A stretch of 60,450 nt of DNA, counting the filler, from Porpidia crustulata (lineage: Eukaryota): the NCBI GenBank assembly GCA_964255105.1. It is 8 parts of 8 records of this genome, joined end to end, with 100 filler letters (N's around TTAATTAATTAA, not from the genome) between each part and the next. Parts side by side here need not be neighbours in the genome. Positions count along the whole stretch, not along the records: positions 30,308 to 37,773 come from CAXUWE010001315.1; positions 37,874 to 45,338 come from CAXUWE010001316.1; positions 45,439 to 52,900 come from CAXUWE010001317.1; 5 more parts are not named here. The stretch is one strand, 5' to 3'. The notes under the pieces were generated by a model, which did no database searches, had not been told where the DNA came from, and was given only the letters and a program-made list of their open reading frames with translations. Numbering within the stretch: position 1 is the first letter of the stretch; each line of letters starts with the position of its first letter. The translations under genes and the position numbers were made by a program. Shown piece after piece: positions 35,600-47,836 of this stretch.

Positions 35600-37663
35600 A
35601 TGAAACTCTCCTACGCTCTGCGACCCTGTCGTCTCCTGCGGCAAGACCTTCAGAATCTCTCTCATCGTTATATCTCTGACTGGAAAACCTTCAATCAGCT
35701 CGTGTTGGCCAGTGCTGTTTATGTGTTTTTCACTAATTTGCTACCTGGAATCACGTTCGCCAGTGATCTGTACGTGCTAACTGGGAAGCAATGGGGGACT
35801 ATCGAGGTGGTGTTTAGCACGGGGCTATGTGGGGTTATCTTTGCTCTGTATGTCTAAGTTTGATATATGCTTACAACCTGGTCTCTGTCTTTCGCTTCGA
35901 TGTGCGCTCATGATGTGAGATCTCTTGGATCCTGCAGATTGGGTGTTGTGATTGTAGCTTCAAAAAGTACCAAGTGTCTGTGCATTTGACAGCCGTTGTC
36001 CTCCTGCATCCTCCAGGACTGTTCACTTATAATGTGCATATTACACCAAGTGCGTTTCTAAGAAGTATTCTAAACTTCTGCATTTTTAGTCTTTTGGCGT
36101 CTTATTCTCTAAGGGATTCCAGGGAATACCGCTCAAGAGCGTCATCTTACTGTATTTACAGATTTTCTATCCAACCTTTGACAATTCTTGGCGTGACCGG
36201 GCCTTTCTCCGTCCTGGCCGAGAATATCTATTCTTTATGCATCGGATCTTTTAATGTAAGTACTCACTCAATCAAAATCTTTTGCTCATGGTGGTTTTCA
36301 TATTGTGGCGTAGATACCATTCCTACCCTTCATGGCCTGGTCATTGATCCACGCTGGATGGATGCACTATATTCTTGCCATCGTCAATGCCCATGACTGG
36401 ACCATGCGATATGTCACAACATTCTCTACCGAGATTTTTTCTCTCCTGAATAGCATCATCTACTTTCACAAAGCCGTTCAGGAGCTTCAGCGAGCACATG
36501 GTGATTTATCCTTTGCAGCCTTTCTATACGCCATCATCGGTGCGATCGGAACCATGCTTGTTGCCATATCCCTCTCCACTGCTGAGAGTTGGAAGCCCCT
36601 TTTTCATCGCTACGTCCGTATGGGTCTTGCAGAGTATGCGGCGGCAATAAGTATCATCATCTTCATTGGAATGCCTCATATTGGAGAATTGGCCTCGCTA
36701 GACAAGTCAGTGTTGCCGGTCAGCTCCCATTTCAAACCCTCAAGTCCGGATCGATCTGTATTCTTTGTTCAATTCTGGCATCTATCTGTTGGCTGGATCT
36801 TCGCTGCTATTGTCCCGGGTTTAATCATTACCATACTATTCTTCTTCGACCACGAAGTTAGCAGCATCATTTGCACTATTGATCGATATGGTACAAAGAA
36901 GCCCGGCGGATTTGCATGGGATATTGTACTTCTGGGCACGACCACCGCAATCTGTGGCATACTGGGTATCCCCCCAGCGAACGGACTTTTACCTCAAGCG
37001 CCGCTACACTCGGAAAGTTTGTTACATACCGAAAAGGAAGATTTCCGATATGTGGAGAACGGTGAAGAGAAAATCGAGAGTCGGGATATCAAACGAGTCT
37101 ATGAGCAGCGATGGAGCGCCTTCCTGCACGCTGGAGCAATTTTGGTCTTCATCAGTCCACCATTTCAAGTCATCTTGGGACTGACGCCAACAAGCGTCTT
37201 AGCTGGCCTGTTTCTGTTCATGGGAGAGCAGAGTCTCTCCGTAAAGTAAGATAAATCTACGTCACCAAATGTTGGCATGCTAATAAGATTTAGTCCTATC
37301 CTCTACCGCACTTTCTACCTCCTCACCCCTCCATCCGAATTACCCAAGCTACCAAAAGCCGAGGGGACTTACCTAGGCGTCCATATCTACACTGTAGTAC
37401 AAATCATAGTCACCGTCATCATCTTCATCGTCACGCTAACGAAAGGAGCACCGGCATTTCCAGTCATCATCATCGCGTTGGTCCCAATCCGGCTGTTGCT
37501 AATGCCTAAATTGTGGAAGCGGGAAACTTTACGATTCGTCGATGCCTGGGCCTGCAGAGCTGGCACGCCCGAGGATGATGAGGATCTTCTCAACGACAGC
37601 GAAAAGCACGCTGCATCTCAAGATACCTCGCCGGCCCCTCAGGAAAGCCTAATGCCAGCTTGA
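35600..37663 (+). CDS. HCO3-/borate transporter family (SLC4/BOR1-like), 3 introns
   Basis: FTNLLPGITFA; |FSIQPLTILGVTGP; LFFFDHEVSS; GIPPANGLLPQAPLHSESL; VYEQRWS; VLAGLFLFMG. Confidence 0.9.
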
Positions 37664-37773
37664 TCTAGGCGAGCCCTGGATAAGGCTCGCAACACCAACT
37701 GTGGACTTTTCGAAATTGGGTCGCAGGGGCGATGCCGAAGTGGAGGCCCAACCAGCCAAATCGATGAAGCCCC

Positions 37774-37873
37774 NNNNNNNNNNNNNNNNNNNNNNNNNNN
37801 NNNNNNNNNNNNNNNNNTTAATTAATTAANNNNNNNNNNNNNNNNNNNNNNNNNNNNNNNNNNNNNNNNNNNN
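37774..37873. other. Artificial contig linker
   Basis: N44-TTAATTAATTAA-N44. Confidence 0.99.
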
Positions 37874-37968
37874 TATCTTCATAGACTTGCGAGGGAGAGA
37901 CTTCAAAGGCCTAAATTGGTGGTTCGTCTCGCGACGGGGTGCGTCTCGCGACCCAGGGACGGACGTTA
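37874..37968. mobile_element. Putative pogo/Fot1-family transposon or MITE terminus
   Basis: CGTCTCGCGAC twice (37925, 37942; 17-bp spacing), ending ...GGACGT followed by TA (37967-37968); reads TA|ACGT on the minus strand. Confidence 0.45.
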
Positions 37969-38641
37969 GTCAAGAATTGGAAAAATAGTACGGAGACATA
38001 AGAGGTTGTCAGTACGAGTAGTCGGGACCTATAGGTCTAGATTTCCTAGATGGCTTAGATATCCATCGAGCACAGATCTATATACATGAATCCATCAAAA
38101 ATCCACCGTCATGGCCATTAGCCATGAGTTTGTTCCTTGAAAACGCCCTGCAAATGCCCTTCGCTATGGCGTCGCTCGCGAGAATATGTCCATAGAAGGT
38201 GGTTCATAGGTAACAGATAGGAACATTGCCTCTTTTACGGAAGACGATATATCAACTGATTAAGCCCTCTCTTGACAACCAACTAACGAAGAAGGCGGAG
38301 TCCCATTGGGGTATTTATGGAGTCTCAGATCCACAGTCTGGATCAGTACAGTCGCAAATAGGTACTTTTGCTCTTTATACGGAGGTCAAGACCGCGAATA
38401 TCGATTTAATTGTTGGCAGAGGAGTTGGATGCCGATGTGGGGGGAGGTCATAATACATTCGAATGGTCCAGACGGAAATGCACGCTAAGCCTTTCCAACG
38501 CCGCCATCATACAGTAATGCTGTTATGCATCGAGTAAGATCCGCGATCATCGAATTTGATGCGAGGATAAAGGGAAGCTTGGATTGACTTGTTGGATGGT
38601 TTCAATCCTGTTCGTGTGGACCTCAGTATTAGGAAGGGAGG

Positions 38642-39968
38642 TCAGTCATTTTGGTGGCGGATAAAGTAGGCTTTCGCCATTTCGTAAGACGTCCTGATTT
38701 TAGCGGTCAGTATCAGCAGGCATTTCCTCTTTTAGGGTAGACCTACCAGCAAATGGCAGTGCTGGGCATGGTAGTGATAATTCGGGGTCGTAGCCCACGG
38801 AAAAACCCTCCCCAACCATGCTGTCGCTTAATGATAGAAGCTGCCATGATCAGTCCCTTCGCAGACCGTATCTCCGCATCATGTGCAGCGCCACGAGTCT
38901 GTAAAAGAGTCTTGATGACATCGAGCGGGGTGGTTAGGCCTGCAGCGAATGCACCAGCTAGGCCTCCAGCACATATATGAGTACCTGGGCTATACTCTTT
39001 TGACGGGTTGATAATCTTGGAGAGTGATTCGTAGGCCGTAAATTGAAGTGCCGTGAACGGGACGGTCATTGCTAGGGTAGTCGGATAGGAGACATAGAAA
39101 GCCGCCAAGCCCTCTGTTCTGTAGACTGCTCTCGTACATTGAGACATCGTGGTATAAAGAGATCCATGGACTTGCATACGCTGCTTGATGACTGATCATT
39201 TCACGTCAGGAGAGGATGGCGAATTGAGCGGAGAATTTGACGTTCTTACCATCGAATGGATTCATTATGGCGTCACTCGCAATGGTCGCACAGGCGCCGC
39301 TGGTAGCTGTTGGCAAATTAATGATGTACAGCACCCCAGAAGTCACCACTGGGTTTTGAATGCTTACCTGCAGCAAGAGGATGATGTTGACTACCATTGT
39401 TGCCCCCCATAGCCTGCTTGACCGCCTCATATGTTGCGAAATAGACAGCGTGAGCCGGACCTGCGCCGAATTAAAACCTCCATGCGCCCCGTTTTAGCAA
39501 TAGTCTGCCTACCTGCGCCTACGACGACACTTGTAATGCCTCTCCACATTGAGCTGACTCCTTCTATTCTCGAAATAGTAGAGACGGCATTGGAAAGACT
39601 AGTGTAGATAGCCCCGGGGGAGGGATTCACTATCTGGAGACGCGTCTAAAGACAGTAAGCTTAGGGGCTTGGTCAATCGTTTTGATGTGGCTCACTTTGA
39701 GCGTATCGACAGGAAACATGACAGTATGCTCCTGGCCATTTTTCAGCATCCAGTCGTATTGTTCACAGAGGCTCGAAGGGAGCAGGCTCACGGCAATCCC
39801 AGCGAATGCGCCGGCGGCCATATTTTGCAGGAGGGTGAAGTCGGGCGGTAGGCTTTCATAACTATGATAGGGCATCAGCAATGCCAGCTCGAGAGCTCAA
39901 GATTTGGGTCAGGGAGGCGCATACTCAAGTTCCTCCACCGGGGCAGTAGGATCTACATGGGCGGCCAT
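38642..39968 (-). CDS. MRS3: Mitochondrial iron carrier (mitoferrin, MRS3/MRS4-like), multiple introns
   Basis: YESLPPDFTLLQNMAAGAFAGIA|EHTVMFPVDTLK; GPAHAVYFATYE; ASDAIMNPFD|VIKQRMQ; AFYVSYPTTL; TTPLDVIKTLLQ; MPSTAICW|TSYE. Confidence 0.9.
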
Positions 39969-40698
39969 AGATCCACCAACAGCGGCGAAGGAAAGCCTAT
40001 GGACAGCGCGCAAGGTACCACAATCTGGACTGTAAGACCAGAGGAGACCCTAAACAGAGTAAAGTAAAGACATGGTCATGATCACTAAAGATATGAGGTT
40101 GGGGGAGCTGTCTGGGCTTGACCTATCTAAGTACTATGGAAATTTAAAAAGCGACATCATAGACCGCACATGTTGACAGGGTCTAGAACATAGGCTAGAG
40201 ATGTTTTGGAGACGATAGATAAAATCTATGATAAAATGATCATCCATAAACATGCAACACCTCTAAACCACAGTTGCTTTTCTTTTATTTTTGTACTAGA
40301 AAGCTTGCAAGAACTATGTGTATTGTTCTCTGACTCTATCCTGAGTCTTCAGCGGACTCTCAAGTACAAAAAATCCCGAGTAGCCTCAGCCCATCCAACA
40401 GCTTATAACCGCAAAATCCAAGGAGCTTCAACATGAGCTATCCAAAGATACAATCATGTCCCCTCCATGGAGTCATGGCTTCTCGCAAGTAATGAGAGAA
40501 TTGAATTGGTGTTCTAATGAAAACCTGGTTAGAATAGATGCGGCACCTCAAATTTTCATCTTATGAATAGGTAGACTGATAGATGATATCTAAATTACAA
40601 GAACAAATGCCGCCTAGAATGAAACCAAGGTCGCCATCTGACCTCTGTGAACGCCGATACATTGCGTCTCACGGGTATCCCTTTCATCAAATGCAACG

Positions 40699-43537
40699 CT
40701 AGATGTTGACGCCAGTCCCTTTGCCTTCCGTTTGAGCCTTTGAAAATTGATATACCAAACCTAGAACTCCTGGTCCTCTATCCTGACTAATACCTTGCAT
40801 GTCATCTTCGCCGTCGTCATCCCGAGTGCCAGCGCGAGTAGTCTTCCAAGATTCGCCCAAATTACTATCAGTCACAGCTCCTTCACTGCCGTCTCCGACA
40901 GATCGTTGCGTGTTCTCCAGCGTCAACTCATTTTCATCCTCGACTGGGTCGACGAGGGGTTTACGCGATGCTCGCAAGCGGGAGTGGCTAGGCCTATGAG
41001 GTGTCTTACTCCCGAATCGCGACGGTTGATGGTGGGGGTCCAGCAGAATCGACGCCACGGGTGATAGCTGGCCTCCGGTGGGCGTGAACCTTGGAGTTGG
41101 ATGCGTCGAACGAGGTCTTGGTCCTTGACCAGCTAATACTGATCGGCTGGGTCCTCGATATTGACGGTCAAGCCTGTCTAGTCGGCTGCTGCCAGGACCG
41201 TTCAACTCGGCAGCGAGGGTAGGCGACATCAGTCCCGGAAATGCTGGAGGAGGATGGAAATTGCGCTTCACTGAATGATGCAAATACGGTGCACCAGATC
41301 GCTGGTTTGTAACATAATTGTCAATAAAGCCATAGTAAGACGCGAGCATTTTGCCATCCTTTGAAGAGTAGTATTCCTCACGCAAATCCTGGGCGGCGGC
41401 CTCATCTTGTCTGGCAATATTATTGCTTTCCTTTTTAAAGTCGAAAACAGCGAAAGAGCACACGTATCCCAAGCCATCTACATGAAGAGTAAACTCGCGG
41501 AAAAAGTCTACAAGCCGGTCACTGCTTTTGGGGAGACTGAACCAGAGGATGAACGGGGTGAAGAACATGCTGAGCATTTCTTCAAGAAATATGACGACCT
41601 TCATTTTGTAGAGCTCCGCAAATTCCGTTCGTACTTCGTTGCTATGCAATCGTCCGCGCCAATGATTTGGGGAATAGTGTGTATATTCGGTTACGTTGTT
41701 GAGGGCATATCCGGGGTCGAAGACCAGATTCTCTTCTGGAACCGCTCCTCTGGCCACCGCCCACACCGTTCCAAATACTCCAAGATAGAACAAGACTGTC
41801 CGATCCTGCGTAATCTCGAACCCTAGGAATAGTTCAGGGTCTATTACAGAGGCCAAAGCTAAGACCGATACAACGGCGCCAGTGATAAAGGCAACAAAAC
41901 GTGAGATCTGAATCGTTTTGTCCTTGGGAAATTGGTCCATGTAACGCGAAGCAAATGGATATGACATATTGATGCGACGTTGGAACAGGTGCCACAACTC
42001 ATTGAACTCTCGGAATTTCCATTCAGCGAGAGGCGTGTATTGACGGGATCCAATTTGAGACGGATTCTTTTGGTATTCGTTAAAATAGCGAAAGAAATAG
42101 AGCATTGCAAAGTAAATTATGATGAAAGGAGCACATAAGACGTTCATAAATCCAGCAAACAAGAAACGTCTCCGCAGACCTTCACTGAGAGCCCGCCGGT
42201 GGGTGTCTTTGAGGAACAACGGTCGAACTTGGCCCTGCTCATTGAAGACGTAGTCAAGAATACATAGGCTCAGGTTCCACTCGAGCGTCTTTGAGAAGAG
42301 TTGCTTGTTTCGAAGGAATGGAATCGGTAGCGTCAGATCTAGGATGTCCTTGTTGATCAGGGCTATCAGATAGTTGTCTCGACGCATTAATCGATTTGCG
42401 ATATCGTGAGCGTCCATGCGTTGTTTCGATTGACTTCCCATGAATCGAAGATGCCGCTCTGTGACCCCTGCAGCCGTTGCTGGGTTCGAATCTCGTAACA
42501 ACATGAGACGTTTGACAATCTCTTGCCACGAGACTGTTTGCATATCGGTATCGGAAACTTCGAGAAGATAGTAGTAGAAATTGTGCATATTCTGTAGCCG
42601 ACGAATATCTAGGATATATTGAAATAATTTACAGATCCACAGGAATGCAAATAGCCAAATCAATAGATTGGCCGAGCCAGACATATTTTTGGTACATTGC
42701 GGAATCAGGATAGCGGACATAGTCTGACTCGTTCGGACCTTTGAGTAGTCGATGCAAGAGGTAAGAAATGTACTGAACCCTACAACAAACGCCAGGGTGC
42801 TATAGAAAAGTCAGTGACCATGTTGATACTCTGTCGCGGAGAGCTCACAGAAGGTTCAACGTTCTGCTCAGGAGAATACACCAGATTCCGTTTGCAAGGA
42901 AGTAATCATAGACATCTTTAAGAAAATTATCAAGGTTTTCCACGTTCGCCCATCTCCACATCGCCATCTCTTTGGGATCCAATGTTGCGGCAGGTCGACC
43001 TCGGTGAGTAGGCATCCTGGCTTGCGGTCGAACAGAAGCCGCATCTTGGTGAAGACGTTGTTGCTTCTGGGTGGCCTGCCACTTGGCCCTTGTTTCCCTC
43101 GAGGCAGGTCCCACTATAGGTGGCGGTCTAGTGTCTCGCTGTTGGTGGGCAATCGGCCCTAATAGAGCGTCCTGATCGCCTTCAATCAGCAATGATTGAG
43201 GAACCTCGTCATCTATCTCATCTGCCTCATCTCGCCTCGACGACTTCGTGTAATGCGTCTGTCGTCGACCAGCTCTCCTTGAGGGCTCCCTGCTCTTGCC
43301 TCCTAGTAGTCCTGGTGCTGCTTCGGTAGCGGGACTGGCAGCAGCATCAAAAAGCCCCTCCTCAAGCTCATGGTCCTGAAATCGCCTGCCCAGATTTTCT
43401 TCGTCGAGCATCATGCCTGCGCGTTCTTCGACGTCAGACTGATCCGAAGGTTCATCGTGCTGACGAAGCGTTTCATAGACAGATGGAGTTCCCAAGGCAG
43501 GAGGTAGGAATCTGGAAAGAATATTTGACGCCATCAT
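40699..43537 (-). CDS. ATG9: Autophagy-related protein 9 (lipid scramblase)
   Basis: [79 protein letters not shown]; one intron at ~42801-42848. Confidence 0.96.
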
Positions 43538-43920
43538 GGTCAAGCAGGTAGCAAGGGAAGGTATGGGTCAGGTGTATTTAAGTGCACGGGTCCACGACAT
43601 TCTTTAGCAGTGTCAGCCATGGACCTATGTCCCGCTATAATCGTGACATCTGCCTGTTGCTCATCATATCATGTCGTTTAGTCGCCAGTGTTACCTTCCA
43701 GCTGATTTCCGAAAAACAAGTACGATATGAAAAGAGTCATGAGGTACTGTGATTCCTGGGAGGTTACGATTTAGGTTGGTTTATGTTCTGCCATCTAGAA
43801 CAATCCAGCATAACAGGACCGTAGAGGCGACCGTACAAACACTGCATATAATTATGTCTGGTATGCCGTACTTGATCAGATTGATCTCACTTCGCGGTGG
43901 CATGAATCGCTACCAGCAAA

Positions 43921-45338
43921 ATGAACGGAAATATCGACCACATTGTGGATTTGCCAGATGAACTTGATGGGAGATTGACTGCATCAGCGATTTCCCAGAG
44001 ATCTAATGTTCTCTCTAATAAAGTCACATCTATCCTTTCTGCATCATATGCAGACAATGAGATCAGGGATGCGCTACAAACACTAGATGGGAGAGAAGTT
44101 GAGAACACTGCCGAATTTAGACGAAACCTGCGTCTTGATGTGCAGAAAGAGGTCATTGAACGCAATGGTGCAATTGTGCGAGATTTTGGTCATGTAGCGG
44201 AGGTTCGTTACAAAGCGCTGTGTTGACAGCTTTGCGCTTTGGCTGAAAAGTCAACAGCAACTGAAACGTATAGGAAATACTATTACTAGCTTGAATAAAT
44301 GCTGTCAAGAAATGCGCCAGCATGTCGCTGCCGCTCACCAAGATAATGCGCCAGTCATTGAAGAAGCCTCGACGCTGCTCCAGCAAAAGCGGGAGATGGA
44401 AAGTAAAAAGCAATTACTCGATGCTTTCAACAAACACTTCATCATGTCGGAAGAAGAGTTGAGGGTCCTGACAGCCACATCAGAGAATGTGAACGACAAG
44501 TTCTTTGCTGCTTTGAAGAGAGTCAAGCAGATTTACACTGACTGCCAGATTCTGCTTGGAAGCGAAAATCAGAGACTTGGCCTTGAACTCATGGATGAGA
44601 GTTCGAGGAACTTGAATAGCGGGTTCCAAAAATTGTACAGATGGATTCAACGTGAATTCAAATCTTTGAACCTAGAGAACCCGCAGATCAGCTCCATCAT
44701 CCGTCGAGCACTACGAGCACTCGCAGAGCGCCCTACGCTATTTGAAAGCTGTCTCAATTTCTTCGCTGACGCCCGAGAGCAGGTTTTGACGGAGGCCTTT
44801 TACTCAGCGTTGACAGGCTCATCCAACGATGCCGGGCAAGACCCACTAACAAAGCCTATCGAGTTCAGCGCGCATGATCCTCTGCGGTATGTTGGAGATA
44901 TGCTTGCCTGGACTCATTCTGCAACGGTATCGGAACGCGAAGCGCTGGAGAGTCTTTTTGTCTCTGACGGCGACGAAATCGCCAAAGGAATCCAAGCCGG
45001 AAGAATCAGCGAACCCTGGTCTGGTTTCGACGGCGAGGTTTTTGACGGACGGAAAGCGCTTGATGAGCTGGTCAATCGAAACTTGGCTGGTGTAGCACGA
45101 GCAATACGACAGAGAATTGAGCAAGTGATTCAAAGTCACGACGACCAGGTATTGACCTACAAAGTCGCGAATCTATTGGAATTCTACTGCGTGATGTTCC
45201 ATAGGTTATTAGGAGACGGGTCAAGTGTCTTGCAGACTCTTTCGAACCTCAAAGGCTTCGCTCTCAGCCATTTCCGAACCATAACGAGAGACCACATTGA
45301 ATCCATCCAAGCCGATCTCACCCAACCTCCACCCGATC
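43921..45338 (+). CDS. COG6: Conserved oligomeric Golgi complex subunit 6; 3' truncated, start approximate
   Basis: [30 protein letters not shown]...[32 protein letters not shown]. Confidence 0.93.
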
Positions 45339-45438
45339 NNNNNNNNNNNNNNNNNNNNNNNNNNNNNNNNNNNNNNNNNNNNTTAATTAATTAANNNNNN
45401 NNNNNNNNNNNNNNNNNNNNNNNNNNNNNNNNNNNNNN
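45339..45438. other. Artificial contig linker
   Basis: N44-TTAATTAATTAA-N44. Confidence 0.99.
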
Positions 45439-45441
45439 AAA

Positions 45442-47836
45442 CTAAATAACCCCCTCCCACATCCCCGGCCCCGGCTCTCTGGTCCGGTCCACAATTGCTC
45501 GGTTGAGGCGCCTCGCCTCCTCTTTCCCGGCGCAGGTTCGCTTCCTCGACGCCCCTTCTTTGAGCAACGATTGCACGTCGGCGCAGTTCTCCTTCCTGAC
45601 GGCCGACGGGTCGGCAAGCCTGCGGTCCTCCAGTACCGTGCCATCATCCCCGTTTCTCGAGCCGTTGGTGATGTCGCCGAGACAGCGGGGAGCAAGGAGA
45701 TTGCGGACACGGTCTTGGACGTTGCCGGCCAAGTCCATGGAAAGGGGGCGTTCGCGTTTTCGGCAAGGTTTGCTACGAGGTGAGTGAGATACGATCGTGG
45801 GATTGGCTAGTGCGCGGCGGTTGAGGGCGAGGTCGCGCAGAGCGGCGGCAGCTTCCTGAGTTGACGCGCTGTGTGGTAGGGTAAATTTTTCGGATTGGGG
45901 TATTGCTTGGGTTTTGTAAGGTTTGACGAGATAGTCAGAATCACAATGGGAATCGTCGTCGGCTTCAGGAGATACCCAGATCGGTTCCCAAGATCCACGC
46001 CTAGAGCCCTTCTTAGCAGGGTTCTGCCGAGAGAATGTCTCCCAAGAGATATCTCGATCGGAATCTACAATCTGGGGACCAGATCGTTCGTTTTCCTTGA
46101 GACATGGCAATTGCATATTTGCACATCGACGAGTCGCTTGGACAGCCAATCTTGGCTGTGGGAGCGCGCATGTTGACGACGCAACGGATGAAATTGACGA
46201 AGATCTAGAAGAACGAGATGATACGTCCGATACCATTGACTCTGGTGAGGATAATGAAGAAGTCGAGCGTGCGAGTGATGTTCGGCGTGTGGACGTTGAA
46301 GGAGTCTCGGGTAATGTAGGCTCCCAAGAACATTGGGAAGAGCTTGGATGCGGATCTAAAATTACTCTGGACAGGCAGATATTGTTAGCTTGCGCCATTG
46401 CAATACCCATCGATGACCGCCGGGGGCATAGTCCATAAGCACCCACTGCAGGAGTACTAAAGTTGCTGTTCTGTGGCGTCATGACTGGTGTCGGTAACGG
46501 GCCTAAGCGTGGCAGTGGCGGTAGTATCTGATCGTTCGTTTTACTATCACGCGGTGCTGGTTCCAGCACTCGAGGGATCTTATAAGGATTGGTGGGAGTT
46601 TGCTCATTCGATTCGGAACAAGTCGGTACTTGGAGAGTAGCTGACAGCAGCGGAGAATCAAGTTCTGAACCCGGGGAGTTGTAGCCCGAGTCGTTCGATA
46701 TCGTAGCTGCTCCGAAATCGATATCGTCAAGATCTGGCGTCAGATGCGGAATAATTGTTCTCCACAAACTTGGACACGTCGGGGATGATCGTGGAGATGT
46801 AGGAGATTGTGCAGATGGAGAGTATTTCAGGACAATGTCTGTCCATCGATGAAATACTGGCTCCGGTATGTGTAGTTTCCAGCTCACGGCAGAAAGAAAG
46901 GCCATCTCATTAGCGTTGATCTCGCACGTTCTTAATCCGGATATTTTGCTCCAAGCGCGGGCGGAGAAATTCCGATCCTGGAGGTATTTCGAAGCAAGGA
47001 TCAGGGCTGCAAGAAACATCCGCCGGCCGCACTGCATGGCTCGGCACGATTGCGAATCCTCGAGCTGCTCCATAGTAAAGTCATGCTTTGGTACACACGA
47101 TTGGATGAGTACCAGGTAGTACAATGCGACCTGTAACGTCGAGTAACTGGTCTTAGATCGTCTTAAAACTTCCTGGACGAAAGTGCGCAGTCCAATCAGA
47201 TTTTGGGGTTTTCCGCCAAGAATTGTTTCCCGAGGGCATGAAAGGATGGAGAGCGGCCAAATCGTCTCTATCATTTGCGTAGTGGTATCTCCAAGGTGAA
47301 GAGTGTAAGCGAACATTCATCAGAATTCGAAGCAATCAAGGTAACTTACCAACAAGGCTGTCAACGAAATTGTTTTTCCGGTCGCATTGCCTTACAAGAG
47401 ACGGTGGTGGTCGGGGGTATGAAGTGGTCGAGCCGCTTTTATGAGAATCGACTTCTGCCAAACGCTGCGTCCGGCGGGGATTTTGTCGCGACTCCGGTGC
47501 CACTACCTCGTGGAATTGCCGTGGCGTAGGTATGCGAGGCGCGGCGCACTTCGTGGCACATGTCGTTGCGGTCACAGATGCGTCCGACGAGGCTGATACG
47601 ATCGGTTGATCATGATGACGGCTTGTAAAGTATGAGCTATTGTTATCATGCTCCCAAACAGGATCAAGGGAGTCAGTTGACGTCGACAATGCAGAGCTCT
47701 TCGATGAAGGAGCGTCGATGGAAAATACCGACGAGGTTGAAGATGAAAGCGGTGAGGTGGATGTGTCGTAGGCGTAGCTATGTGTAGATATCCTTAAGGA
47801 GCTTGGCGCTGCATCACAATCTGATATGCAAGCCAT
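45442..47836 (-). CDS. Pho85-type cyclin, Clg1/Pcl5-like, 1 intron
   Basis: LVRQCDRKNNFVDSLV|DTTTQMIETIWP; LRTFVQEVLRRSKTSYSTLQVALYY; CGRRMFLAALILASKYLQDRNFSARAWSKISGL. Confidence 0.88.
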
